A stretch of 53,308 bases of DNA from an uncultured Treponema sp. (GCA_964653395.1 CAZZFL010000002.1:1-53308); one strand, 5' to 3'. Positions 9,040 through 19,145 are shown, numbered from the stretch's first letter. Notes: generated by a model not told the origin, from the sequence alone. Translations and numbers: made by a program.

Positions 9040-10368
9040 CTACATCTTTTTTATAAATCCGTAAAGTATTCCCATCATGTCCGCCAAAGCCCAGCCAATT
9101 GGTATCGCCATCCATATTCCCACTTCGCCGAGGCTGGTACAGCGAACAAGCAAATGCGCAAGCGCGACGCGAACGCCGAGCGATATTACGGTAAGCGCCA
9201 CCGACATTCCAGGCTTGTTGATTGCGCGGTAGTATCCGTACAGCATGAACAAAATTCCTATTCCGACGTAGCACGCGCCTTCAATGCGAAGATATTTTAC
9301 GCCGATTTGTATAATTCCGACATTTTCCGCATCGACGAAAATTCGCATCAAAGGATTGGCAGCAAAACACACGACAAGACTTATCGCAACGCAAAAACAG
9401 CTGACCATTGCGGCCGCCGTCTTTACGCCTTTTCCAACACGCGCCTTTTTTCCCGCTCCGTAATTTTGCGCCACGAAAGAAGAAAACGCATTTCCGAAAT
9501 CTTGCACGGGCGAATACGCCAGCGTGTCCACTTTTACCGCCGCCGCGAACGCTGCCATTACTGTCGTGCCAAAACTGTTCACCAAACCTTGCACCATCAA
9601 AATGCCAAAATTCATTATGGATTGTTGCAAGCATGTCATCGCCGAAAGTCTTGAGATTTCCTTGAAAATTTTTTTGCTCCATTTCATGTCGTCTTTGCGC
9701 GTCCGCAAATTTTCGCAGCGCACAAAATAGTAAATCATTATTCCTATGCCAGAAAGATACTGCGCGATGACTGTGGCCGCCGCCGCTCCGACAGCGCCCC
9801 ATTTAAAACAAAGGATGAAAAGCAAATCCAAAACGATATTCGTTACGGCGGATACGGCAAGGAAAAAAAGCGGAATCATCGAATTGCCCACCGCCCTCAT
9901 CAAGTTTGCGAAAATATTATACAAAAAAATTGCAAAAATTCCCGCGTATATCACGAGCATATATTCGCGGAACATCTGCCGTATTTCCGCAGGAATGTTC
10001 ATCAGAAAAATAATCGGATTTGTCAATGCGTATGCGAGAGCCGTAAGAAAAATCGTCACGACAAAAATTCCTGCAAACGAAATAAAAAACGATTGCCTTA
10101 TGCCGCGATAATCTTTTTGCCCGAAGCGCATAGAAAAGAAAACGCTGCTGCCCATGCACAGCCCGATTATGATTGAAGTAATCAAAATCATAATCGTGTA
10201 AGCCGAGCCGACAGCGGCGAGCGCGCCTTCGCCTAGAAATCTGCCCACGACAATTGTATCGACGACATTGTACAATTGTTGAAGGACGTTGCCTATCATC
10301 AGCGGCAAGGCGAATAAAAAAATTTTTTTCGGAATCGAGCCTTCCGTGAAATCTACAGTCTGCCGCAT
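9040..10368 (-). CDS. MATE-family efflux transporter
   Basis: QQLYNVVDTIVVGRFLG, NIVLDLLFI, QNYGAG; about 12 hydrophobic segments. Confidence 0.92.
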   Translation of the reverse strand: MRQTVDFTEGSIPKKIFLFALPLMIGNVLQQLYNVVDTIVVGRFLGEGALAAVGSAYTIMILITSIIIGLCMGSSVFFSMRFGQKDYRGIRQSFFISFAGIFVVTIFLTALAYALTNPIIFLMNIPAEIRQMFREYMLVIYAGIFAIFLYNIFANLMRAVGNSMIPLFFLAVSAVTNIVLDLLFILCFKWGAVGAAAATVIAQYLSGIGIMIYYFVRCENLRTRKDDMKWSKKIFKEISRLSAMTCLQQSIMNFGILMVQGLVNSFGTTVMAAFAAAVKVDTLAYSPVQDFGNAFSSFVAQNYGAGKKARVGKGVKTAAAMVSCFCVAISLVVCFAANPLMRIFVDAENVGIIQIGVKYLRIEGACYVGIGILFMLYGYYRAINKPGMSVALTVISLGVRVALAHLLVRCTSLGEVGIWMAIPIGWALADMMGILYGFIKKM

Positions 10369-10394
10369 TTTAAATTAAAGCCGCCCGCCTTTTT

Positions 10395-10661
10395 TTATTT
10401 CAAACTGTCGCTGAACGCCTTTAAATCCGCCTTCGTTTCTGCGGGAAGATTGTTGAATTCCACATTTCGAATCGCGCCTTCCAGCGCGTACAAATGCACC
10501 GTGCACACATTTGAATATTTTGCCTTCAGTCTGGAAAACGCCTCTTTCGCGCCCAACTCCGCCAAACGCTCAGGACTGTGAACGTCCACGCTTTCCAACT
10601 TGCGTGCCATTTCCGTGCCGATGTTCGCCAGCTCCGTCAAGCCTGTTTTGTACTCCGCCAT
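10395..10661 (-). CDS. TfoX C-terminal domain protein
   Basis: LTELANIG...LAELGAKEAF...HLYALEGAI pattern; GGAGGGG SD. Confidence 0.8.
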   Translation of the reverse strand: MAEYKTGLTELANIGTEMARKLESVDVHSPERLAELGAKEAFSRLKAKYSNVCTVHLYALEGAIRNVEFNNLPAETKADLKAFSDSLK

Positions 10662-10714
10662 TTTTACCCCTCCACAAAATTTCGTCTTTTATTTTTTTTA
10701 AATTCATAATTTAG

Positions 10715-10773
10715 GAGGGGAAAGCCTTCCCCTCGCTCCAGCCCGCTCGCGCGGTCTTACGCTACCCCTTCTC
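10715..10773 (-). repeat. GC-rich REP-like hairpin element, family shared with 41598-41680
   Basis: Minus strand GGGGTAGCG-[hairpin]-AGCGAGGGGAAGGCTTTCCCCTC. Confidence 0.65.
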
Positions 10774-10817
10774 TTCGCAGACCTTGAAGCGTGCCGCCAA
10801 TTTTTCGCAAGACGAAA

Positions 10818-11444
10818 CTATCGATTTTTCTCTAGCACTTGCATAATGCCAAATGCCTTGATTCTCGCGTCGTTTGCCGCATAGTGCCGGGCAGTCACGC
10901 CGTCTATGTCATCGATGCCGTCGCCGTCCGTGTCTTTCTTCGTCGCGTCGATAAAATACACGATGCCAGCCTCCGTGCGGTCAAACAGCGCGATGTGCGT
11001 CACCCGCTCCGTTCCCGGCTCGCCCATAAAAATCAAGTCGCCCTGCCGCAGTTCGTCCAGTTCCACCAGACGCGCATAGCTCGCGTACATGTCCGCTGAC
11101 GACGCGTCGGCAAACAGGAGGCGGTACGCGGAATCTTCCACTGCATAGCCGTAGCAGCGGACGACCAGTCCCGAACAGTCAAGGCGCAGTGCCGCACGCA
11201 ATGCGTCCTGCCCGCCCCATGCGTACTCCGTCTCCGCGTCGCGGTATTGCACGGCAAACGCGAATGCTCGTGCCGCGATGTCCGCAGGGCAATCGATTGT
11301 CGCTTCGAACCCCGCGCCGCATGAAAAAAGTAGCAGACATATTGCCGGAAACAAAATCTTTGTTTTAAAGTAGCGTCTTGCGTGCAGTGTTCCCCATCGC
11401 ACATCGCCGACGCGCTCGGCGATATAGTCCGTGCCCGCTTTCAT
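10818..11444 (-). CDS. NlpC/P60-family peptidase, probable lipoprotein
   Basis: YAWGG, LDCSGLV, GDLIF, THIAL motifs; LLFSC lipobox; ATG overlaps the aspS TGA; GC-richer than flanks. Confidence 0.8.
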   Translation of the reverse strand: MKAGTDYIAERVGDVRWGTLHARRYFKTKILFPAICLLLFSCGAGFEATIDCPADIAARAFAFAVQYRDAETEYAWGGQDALRAALRLDCSGLVVRCYGYAVEDSAYRLLFADASSADMYASYARLVELDELRQGDLIFMGEPGTERVTHIALFDRTEAGIVYFIDATKKDTDGDGIDDIDGVTARHYAANDARIKAFGIMQVLEKNR

Positions 11445-13273
11445 TCCTCGCATTTCAATTTCAAATCTTTCAGCAATTGCTCGTCCACTTTGCTCGGGCA
11501 ATCGTCCAGCGGGCTTGCCGCCAAATTGTTTTTCGGAAACGCAATCACTTCGTGAATCGAATCTTCTTTGCACATCAGCATCACCAAGCGGTCGAGGCCC
11601 GGGGCTATTCCTCCGTGCGGCGGCGCACCGTACTTGAACGCCTGCACCAAAAATCCGAACGCCTTTTGCGCGCGCTCCTGACTGTAGCCCACGATTTTGA
11701 AAATCCGTTCTTGCAACGAAGGATCGTTGATACGCATTGAGCCGGAAGCAAGTTCGTAGCCGTTCAAAACCAAATCGTACAAATCGCCTTTGACTTCGCC
11801 CGGATTGCTTTCGAGCGTGGACCAATATTTTTTTTGCGGAAGCGTGAACATGTGATGCTCGGTTTCCCAATGGCCTTCGTCCTCGTTCCATGCAAAATAC
11901 GGAAAGTCAATTATCCACGCGAAATGAAATTCGTCATTCGCATTGTAAAGATTCAAGTCGCGCCCGAGCTGCTTTCGCACCGCGCCCAAAGCTGTGCACG
12001 CCGTCTGCCAACTTTCATCCGAAACGAAAAAAAGCATGTCGTTTGCGTTCGCGCCGAGCCTTTCGCAAATTTCGTTTTCCTTTCCCGCAAAAAATTTCGA
12101 AATGCCGCCTTCAAATTTGAGCGCGTTTTCGGCGGAAACAATTTTCATCCACGCCAAACCTTTTGCCTTGTAAGTTTTGGCGACGGCTTCCAAAGCCTCG
12201 ATATTTTTTCGGCTGAATTTTTCCGCGCAATTCGGAACGACGAGACATTTCAATCCGCTCCGCTTGTGCCGCTCGATTTCCATTTTTGAATTTGCCGCTC
12301 CCGATTTGAACGCGTTGAAATCCGAAAGTTCCGCCATAAAACTCGCGTCCTGCATTTTCAAATCGAAGCGCAAATCCGGCTTGTCGCTGCCATAAAAATT
12401 GAACGCGTCTTCCCACGAAAGCCGGTCGAACTTCGCCGGCAAATCGTAGCCGAGCGTTTTTTTGAAAACGTGGCGCAACATTTCTTCGGTGGTGGAAAGA
12501 ACTTCCTCGCGATCGGTGAAACTCATTTCCATATCGATTTGCGTGAATTCCGGCTGGCGATCGCCACGAGCGTCTTCGTCACGATAACAACGTGCAATTT
12601 GAAAATATTTGTCGAAGCCGCTCACCATCAAAAGCTGCTTGTAAAGTTGCGGCGACTGCGGAAGCGAATAAAATTTTCCGGGATGAATTCGGCTCGGAAC
12701 AAGATAATCGCGCGCGCCTTCCGGCGTGGATTTTATGAATGTGGGCGTTTCAATTTCGAGGAATCCTTGCGCCGTCAAAAATTCGCGCACGGCAAAAGTC
12801 ACCTGCGAACGCAAGATGATGTGACGTTGCATCGCTTCGCGCCGCAAATCCAAATAGCGATATTTAAGTCGCAAATCCTCGTTTGGAATTACGAGCGTTC
12901 CGTCCATTTGGCGCACTTCGTCAATCGCGAACGGAAGAGTTTCGCTCGTGGTGAAAATTTCAATTTCGTCGGCAATCACTTCGATTTGTCCGGTGGGCAT
13001 TTCTGCGTTGAAATCTTTTTCGTTTCGCATGGAAACTTTTCCGCGCACGGCAATGCAAAATTCCGACTTGAGCGACGTGGCAATTTTTTTTGTTTCGTCA
13101 TTCGCGTCGTCGCCCACAACAATTTGCGTGATTCCGTAACGGTCGCGCAAAAGAATGAAAGTGAGTCTACTGAGCACGCGCGTCCTATGAACCCATCCGT
13201 TCAGCGTCACGATTTTTCCAGCATCCGAAGCGCGCAACGCGCCGCAAGTACAATTCCGTTTTGTGTGTTCCAT
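11441..13273 (-). CDS. aspS: Aspartyl-tRNA synthetase, discriminating-type residues
   Basis: LRDRYG, YRYLDLRR, STPEGARDYLVPSR, YRDED, PPHGGIAPGLDRL; GAD insert. Confidence 0.97.
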   Translation of the reverse strand: MEHTKRNCTCGALRASDAGKIVTLNGWVHRTRVLSRLTFILLRDRYGITQIVVGDDANDETKKIATSLKSEFCIAVRGKVSMRNEKDFNAEMPTGQIEVIADEIEIFTTSETLPFAIDEVRQMDGTLVIPNEDLRLKYRYLDLRREAMQRHIILRSQVTFAVREFLTAQGFLEIETPTFIKSTPEGARDYLVPSRIHPGKFYSLPQSPQLYKQLLMVSGFDKYFQIARCYRDEDARGDRQPEFTQIDMEMSFTDREEVLSTTEEMLRHVFKKTLGYDLPAKFDRLSWEDAFNFYGSDKPDLRFDLKMQDASFMAELSDFNAFKSGAANSKMEIERHKRSGLKCLVVPNCAEKFSRKNIEALEAVAKTYKAKGLAWMKIVSAENALKFEGGISKFFAGKENEICERLGANANDMLFFVSDESWQTACTALGAVRKQLGRDLNLYNANDEFHFAWIIDFPYFAWNEDEGHWETEHHMFTLPQKKYWSTLESNPGEVKGDLYDLVLNGYELASGSMRINDPSLQERIFKIVGYSQERAQKAFGFLVQAFKYGAPPHGGIAPGLDRLVMLMCKEDSIHEVIAFPKNNLAASPLDDCPSKVDEQLLKDLKLKCEE

Positions 13274-13358
13274 TTTTTTCCTCGATCGAGTTCGCGAGCA
13301 AACTCGAAAAAATAATTTTTTTAGCAATTTATGATTTTAGCGCAAATCGAGATTTTGT

Positions 13359-15314
13359 TCAATTATAAACGTCGATGTATTTGTCTGCGTCATGCTGGGT
13401 GATGATTCGCGGCTCTTCTATTGTTTCAGAATTTTCTGTTTCATTGGACGAAGGCAATCTGTATAAATTTATCGGCCTGTCGGTTTCATGAAATTTTATC
13501 TTGCCAAGTGGACGCAACATTTTTATTTGAGTTTCATCTAAATTGTTCGCGGCGGCTTCCGAAATCGTTACGGAAATTTTTTCGTGGCAACCAAGTTTGC
13601 AAATGTCGTTGGTCAGTTCGATGTTCGGGGAAATCGTGGTGCAGTCGATTCTCTGTTCTTCGCCAATGATTCCAAGCAGGATATTTCCAAAATGCACGGC
13701 AATGGCGAAATCTATGCATGGATAATAATCTTGCGCTCGTCGCGAATTCATAACTTGCAGAAGCCCTTGAATTTCCAGCGCGGCAGAAATCGCCGCCTTT
13801 GTGTTTTTGCGGAACAAAACCGTCATTGCAATTCCGCTTGCGTACAAAACCGTGCCGCCTGAATTTTCCAAGACTTCCAAAATCTTCGAAGAGTAAAATG
13901 CGATTGTTTCGAACTGTTCGCGCAGACTGATTTGCATTTCTTTTGGAGGAACGATTGAAAATCTGATTGCCATAATGGTGGATTCAATTTCGGCGCAATC
14001 ATCCAAATTGATTTCGCCAAAATTTTCCTTTCCGAGAATGCGCGCAAGTTCGCTCGGCACAAATTTTCTGTAGGAAGTATATTGTTCCGAAAGCGCGTTT
14101 TTTTGTCGAAGATGATTGCGCACAAGAAATTCCAATGAGAACACAAAATAAATTGCGATGCCCCAAATCAGAATTATGGCAGAAATTTCCGTGAAGTCGA
14201 AAAGCATATTTTTGTGCGGCCCGTCAAAAAATTTGTCTAGAAAAATTCCGCCGAAAGTCACTATGTAGAAAAATGCGTAAATTGCTATGTGTTTGTTTTT
14301 TGCTTTGAGCGCGGATATCATTCGCCAGAACGAATAGAAAAAAAACAATGCCGAAACTAAAAGTGAAGCTGAAATTATGTAAGGCGAAATTTTCGTGGGC
14401 AGACAAATCAAAAGCGTGGCGAGCGAGAATGCCACGAATGAATTGGCTTTGTCGATGTGCAGACGCAATGCCGTGGAATTTTCGTCCGTGTTGTAGACGA
14501 GTGAAAAAAGTCCGAACGAAAGCAAAATGAGATTTTGCAATTTCATTTGCAAGGCGTAGTCTATGTCGCCTACCAAAATCGCAAGCGCATTGAACTGTCC
14601 CATTGTGAGCCTGAGAGAAAGTGCCAATAAAAAAATCGACAAGTATAATTCTTGTATGTGCGATTTGTCGAAAACCCAAACCCAAAAAATTATGAATAAA
14701 ATGAAAATCAACATTCCTAAAATCACGGCTAGCAAAAGAACGCTCGAGTTGTATAAATTGTTGATGTCGTGTGATAACCCGAACATGATTGGCGAAAGAA
14801 TGCCGCCCGCTCGTTGGTCGAAATTCGCGACTTGAATAACGATTTCTATAAGACCATTTTCGTTGGAAAAAAAAGTCGCCAAAAGTGGTCGTTGAATTGG
14901 TTTGTAATTAGTTTCGCGCCGCGAAAAAATTCCATACTCCTCGACTTCCTTTCCATTCGCAAAAATCCGCGCGGTAAGCGATGGACTGTTTCTGGAAAAA
15001 ATTCCGTATTCCGTGTTCGGGAGCAAGCCGCTTATAAGCACGCGATAAGTGCCGCATCCGAACGGCGTTTCTTTTAAATCGTTTGGAATGTGCGTCCAAT
15101 TTTTTGGCGTTTGAATGAAATCAACTTTAAGATGCGAGTTTGTCAATTTGGAAAAAGTTTGGTCTTTGTAGAATTCCCAATCGCCATTCAGCCGAATTAT
15201 TTTTTCCTCGCCGCGCGCAAGTCGAAAATTCACCACTCCGTTGCTGACGTTTTTCGCGAAAGCCGAGAATGAGAAAAACAAAATCGCAAGTAAAAAAAAT
15301 CTACACTTCTTCAA
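13359..15314 (-). CDS. 7TM-DISM-type receptor with degenerate class III cyclase domain (copy 2)
   Basis: Signal peptide; LNGDWEFY and GCGTYRV beta-sandwich motifs; multiple TM helices; KFVP...IAVHFG...GIIGEEQRIDCT; TTG start at 15314 inferred. Confidence 0.75.
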   Translation of the reverse strand: MKKCRFFLLAILFFSFSAFAKNVSNGVVNFRLARGEEKIIRLNGDWEFYKDQTFSKLTNSHLKVDFIQTPKNWTHIPNDLKETPFGCGTYRVLISGLLPNTEYGIFSRNSPSLTARIFANGKEVEEYGIFSRRETNYKPIQRPLLATFFSNENGLIEIVIQVANFDQRAGGILSPIMFGLSHDINNLYNSSVLLLAVILGMLIFILFIIFWVWVFDKSHIQELYLSIFLLALSLRLTMGQFNALAILVGDIDYALQMKLQNLILLSFGLFSLVYNTDENSTALRLHIDKANSFVAFSLATLLICLPTKISPYIISASLLVSALFFFYSFWRMISALKAKNKHIAIYAFFYIVTFGGIFLDKFFDGPHKNMLFDFTEISAIILIWGIAIYFVFSLEFLVRNHLRQKNALSEQYTSYRKFVPSELARILGKENFGEINLDDCAEIESTIMAIRFSIVPPKEMQISLREQFETIAFYSSKILEVLENSGGTVLYASGIAMTVLFRKNTKAAISAALEIQGLLQVMNSRRAQDYYPCIDFAIAVHFGNILLGIIGEEQRIDCTTISPNIELTNDICKLGCHEKISVTISEAAANNLDETQIKMLRPLGKIKFHETDRPINLYRLPSSNETENSETIEEPRIITQHDADKYIDVYN

Positions 15315-17304
15315 GTTCGTCCACCTTGGATTCGTCTTCCGCCAATTCCAAATTGTCAATGAAATTCGTCTTGAAATCTTTGAACGGAATCGCGCTGTAG
15401 ACCAAGATTCGTTCTCCGCCGATCGTAATGAAATGTCCTTCGAATATGCAGTTTGAATAAGTGCGGCAATATGTCATCGCGTCTTCACTTATGAGAATTT
15501 TCGCATCCATTTTCGAAGTGTGCATTCCAATTTTTATCGCATTTTGAACTTCATGGGAAAACGCAATCGAAGTGAATTTCCTTTCCGAACCAAGCACACC
15601 GTATGCCACTTTTCCTGTATGAATTGCGATTCCGATTGAAATGTCCGTGTTGTGGCTTCTTCGCAGTTCGCGCCGAATCTCAATCATTTTCTTTTGCATT
15701 TCCATTGCGCATTTTATTGTCGTGTCGTTGCGTTCGGTGAAAATCACGAGGCATCCATGTTGCATATATTTTGCGATGTGTCCTCCGTAATTGCGAATGA
15801 GCGGCGCGATGTTTTTGTAATATGTGGAAATCATTTCGAACAACTGCTTTTGTTCAAAGTAATTCGCGAGTCGCTTGAAATGCTGAATTTCCGTGTAGAC
15901 AATCATCGCATCAAAAATGTCGCATCCGCCCGGAACGATTTTCGTAATGTCGTCGGCATTCATAAATTGCAGGATTTGCTTTGGAATAAATTTTGCGATG
16001 AGATTGTTGTTCGTTTGATATCGCTGCGAATATTGTTGGATTCGATAGTTGTTCAAATATCGGCGGAACGCGGAAGTGACGCATTGCGATATTCCGAACA
16101 AAAGAATTCCGGTTTTGAACGCAAGACAGGAATAAACCAACGCAATGTTTTTTGGCGCAATGATGAAATCGTAAAAAAATGCAAACAAAATTCCCGTGAT
16201 TACGAGCGCTTCAAAATTATACAATATCGTGTTCATTGAAAAAATTGTGCCGGCCTTTAAATTCTTTTTTATTGAAAGTCGGAACGAAATGAGCGTCAAA
16301 GATTCCAAAATCAAAATCGGCAACATTGTGAAAATATTTTTTTCGCGTTCGAAAATTTTTATTTGCACGGACGCGATTGCCATCACAATTAAAATAGCCG
16401 CCAAAAAAAATGCGATTCCCATGTAGTTGGGAATTCTGCGCGAAATATTTATGATTGTAATGTAAGTGCAAATTCCGCAAGAAAAGAGAATAATGGGCAA
16501 GCGGAATTCAATCCAAAATGGAAAGTTCGGAAAAAGCAAATTGAAAATTGAAACGCCTGAAGTTGCTACAGAAAGAATAAAAAATCCCGATACAACTACG
16601 AACAGAAAATGCAAAAGCGGCTTTCTGTTCATCAGCATCAAAATCAAATTATAAATGATTAAAATTGAAAAAAATGCGATGATCATTGTGCTGAAAAAAA
16701 TCATCTTCAAATATTTTTTTTCCAAATTTGATTTTTCGGTGAAGGCGAGTTTTTTTACAATGCCGCCTTTTTCTAGCTCAAAGTTTGCCACTTGAATTAC
16801 GATGTCAATTATGCCGTTTGAATCGGCTGGCATTTCGATTATCGCGGAATTTTGTGCGGCGCGCGCGATAGATTCGTCTCGATTTAAAACGCCGGCACCG
16901 CCCGCCAGTTCTTTGTTGCACCAAATGCGGCAACATGAAAAAACGCGTCCATAAATTGTCATCGCGTATTTAGTTTTAGGAACGAGACCTTTGACGCGAC
17001 AATGATAAGTTGCGAAGTGAACGTCTTCGGAAAATTCATGAGGAAGGGAAACAAGCGTTGGCGCGGCTGAATTTTGTGTGTCTTCCAAAGGAGCGTTGTA
17101 GTAAAATTTTACTGGCGAAATTAATTCGCCTTCAAAATAGTCCCAAGGACCTTCGAGCACAAAATAATCTTTCGCAAGCCTTCGTGCATTTTGAATTGTA
17201 ACCGTGGAATCCTGTGCGCCTTCGTTTGCCGAAAAAATCGGCTGCGTCGCCCAAAGAAAATTCGAGAAAAATAAAATTGCAAAAAAAGCAGCCAAGCACA
17301 TCAT
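15301..17304 (-). CDS. 7TM-DISM-type receptor with degenerate class III cyclase domain (copy 1)
   Basis: LEGPWDYF, FATYHC, IVIQVANF; TM block; KFIP...YTEIQHF...IGIAIHTG...ILISE. Confidence 0.78.
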   Translation of the reverse strand: MMCLAAFFAILFFSNFLWATQPIFSANEGAQDSTVTIQNARRLAKDYFVLEGPWDYFEGELISPVKFYYNAPLEDTQNSAAPTLVSLPHEFSEDVHFATYHCRVKGLVPKTKYAMTIYGRVFSCCRIWCNKELAGGAGVLNRDESIARAAQNSAIIEMPADSNGIIDIVIQVANFELEKGGIVKKLAFTEKSNLEKKYLKMIFFSTMIIAFFSILIIYNLILMLMNRKPLLHFLFVVVSGFFILSVATSGVSIFNLLFPNFPFWIEFRLPIILFSCGICTYITIINISRRIPNYMGIAFFLAAILIVMAIASVQIKIFEREKNIFTMLPILILESLTLISFRLSIKKNLKAGTIFSMNTILYNFEALVITGILFAFFYDFIIAPKNIALVYSCLAFKTGILLFGISQCVTSAFRRYLNNYRIQQYSQRYQTNNNLIAKFIPKQILQFMNADDITKIVPGGCDIFDAMIVYTEIQHFKRLANYFEQKQLFEMISTYYKNIAPLIRNYGGHIAKYMQHGCLVIFTERNDTTIKCAMEMQKKMIEIRRELRRSHNTDISIGIAIHTGKVAYGVLGSERKFTSIAFSHEVQNAIKIGMHTSKMDAKILISEDAMTYCRTYSNCIFEGHFITIGGERILVYSAIPFKDFKTNFIDNLELAEDESKVDELEEV

Positions 17305-17356
17305 TTTATTGTATCACACATTTTGAATTTTTTCCACAAGGAAATTTGTTTCTTAG

Positions 17357-17400
17357 TTTTTACAGGCGAAGAAAATTTCAATTTTATTCGCCTGTAAAAA
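17357..17400. repeat. Long inverted repeat, 14-bp arms plus inner stem
   Basis: TTTTTACAGGCGAA...TTCGCCTGTAAAAA. Confidence 0.7.
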
Positions 17401-17447
17401 AGTCATTTCGCGGCGAAACTCGCAAAGACGAGCATTTGTAAAAATAA

Positions 17448-17479
17448 GGTAAATATGACAAACAAATGTCATATTTACC
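17448..17479. repeat. Palindrome copy 2: GGTAAATATGACA-N6-TGTCATATTTACC
   Basis: 13-bp perfect arms, spacer AACAAA. Confidence 0.9.
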
Positions 17480-17549
17480 CGCCCCACCCATCTAACATTT
17501 TTACAAACTCGCTCATCGCGGCATTTTTTTTCATCACCACTAAAAAAAC

Positions 17550-19145
17550 TTAAATCACAATTTCAAATCTCGCGCCGCTCAAGAATTTTTCGCTTTTGCG
17601 TTCGCGGATTTTTCCGCCGTGAATTTCGACGACGTGTTTTGCGATCGAAAGTCCCAATCCTGTTCCGCCGGTTTCGCGGCTGCGGCCTTTGTCCACACGA
17701 AAGAATCTTTCGAAAATTCGCTCGGCGTATTTGTCGGGAATTCCTGCTCCGTTGTCTTCAATCACAATCATAATTTTTTCGTCGGAATTTTCGGACCTCG
17801 CAAAATCATCGCGCGTAATTTTCTGCGGATTTGATTTTGAATTGGCATTTAAAAATTCTTGCTGAAATGGCGCGTGAATTTTTAGCGGAATAATTTCAAC
17901 TTCCACATGAGAATTTGCGGGACAATATTTTACCGCGTTTTCCAAAATGTTCGCGCAACATTGCCGAAAAAGATTTGGATTTATTTTTTTGAAACAGGAA
18001 TAAATTGAAGACGAAAAATTTATGGAAATATTTTTTGCCTTCGCATTTGCGCGGCATTCGTCGCACAAATTTTTGACGAGCGAAATTATGTCCGCGTTCT
18101 CGAATTTAATTTCTGTGTTGCCACTTTCCAGTTCCGAAAGTGAAAGCAAATCCTCGATTACATTTTCCATGCGGTCGCTTTGAGTTTTAATTATCGAGGC
18201 AAAACTTCGCGCGCTTTGCGCATCGTCCAACGCGCCGTCGAGCAACGTTTCCGCAAAACCTTTTATGCTCGTAATCGGAGTTTTGAGTTCGTGCGAAACA
18301 TTAGCCACAAAATCTTTTCGCATTCGTTCGAGATTTTTCAGACGCTCAATATTCTGCCCGATTCTTTTCGCCATCGAATTCATCGTGGAAGAAAGTTCGG
18401 AAAGTTCTTTCGGAGAATTCACATTCGAGCGAAATTCAAAATCCTCGACTTGATAATGCCTCGCCGCATTTTTCAAATCTTCGATTCCGATGACAATGTG
18501 CGCCGAAATCAAAATAGAAAAAAACAAAATCGGAACGAGAATTATCATCGTACCGAAAATCATTTTGAAAAGATAATTGCCGGAAAAGAAAATGTTCGAG
18601 TCGATGGGCGAGGAAAGTCTGAGCGCGAATTTTTTTCCGCCGATTAAAATTGGAGAAGCAAAATAAATTTCCTCGCCGCCGCTCGCCGTGCTTTCGCGAA
18701 TTGCGACGGCTTCATTTCCTGTGAGCGCGAGCTTCACTTCTTCCCGATCCAAATGATTTTCCGAAGCGGAAATGTTCGCGAGCGAATCCGCATCAAGATT
18801 TCCGTTCGAGTCGATCACAGAAATCCTGAATTGCGAATTTCCGTCGGCGAGATTTTTCACGATTGCGTTGAGAGAATTTTTTGAATTCGGCGATTTTGAA
18901 TTTTCCAAATTCGAACTTTTAAAATCATCCTCAAATTCACTTGAATCAAAATTATGAAAATTCGCATTTTGAAAAATCATTTTTTCGACCACCGAAGAAA
19001 AAATTTTCATGCTCTGCGCGTGCTGGTCAATCGCGATTTCCTTGAGCTGCTTTTTGTTCAAAAACATCAGCGCGGCAAATCCCAATATCAGCACGAGCGA
19101 ATTCAGCATGATGATGAACTGCGTTGTGGAAAAGCTTCTTTTCAT
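17550..19145 (-). CDS. phoR: PhoR-like sensor histidine kinase (TM-HAMP-HisKA-HATPase)
   Basis: FVANVSHELKTPITSIKGFAETL H-box; FERFFRVDKGRSRETGGTGLGLSI; ENHLDREEV; AGGAG SD before ATG 19145. Confidence 0.88.
   Translation of the reverse strand: MKRSFSTTQFIIMLNSLVLILGFAALMFLNKKQLKEIAIDQHAQSMKIFSSVVEKMIFQNANFHNFDSSEFEDDFKSSNLENSKSPNSKNSLNAIVKNLADGNSQFRISVIDSNGNLDADSLANISASENHLDREEVKLALTGNEAVAIRESTASGGEEIYFASPILIGGKKFALRLSSPIDSNIFFSGNYLFKMIFGTMIILVPILFFSILISAHIVIGIEDLKNAARHYQVEDFEFRSNVNSPKELSELSSTMNSMAKRIGQNIERLKNLERMRKDFVANVSHELKTPITSIKGFAETLLDGALDDAQSARSFASIIKTQSDRMENVIEDLLSLSELESGNTEIKFENADIISLVKNLCDECRANAKAKNISINFSSSIYSCFKKINPNLFRQCCANILENAVKYCPANSHVEVEIIPLKIHAPFQQEFLNANSKSNPQKITRDDFARSENSDEKIMIVIEDNGAGIPDKYAERIFERFFRVDKGRSRETGGTGLGLSIAKHVVEIHGGKIRERKSEKFLSGARFEIVI

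Noticed and set aside
11445-11891. N-terminal extension of the NlpC/P60 ORF
   Set aside because: Shadow frame within aspS
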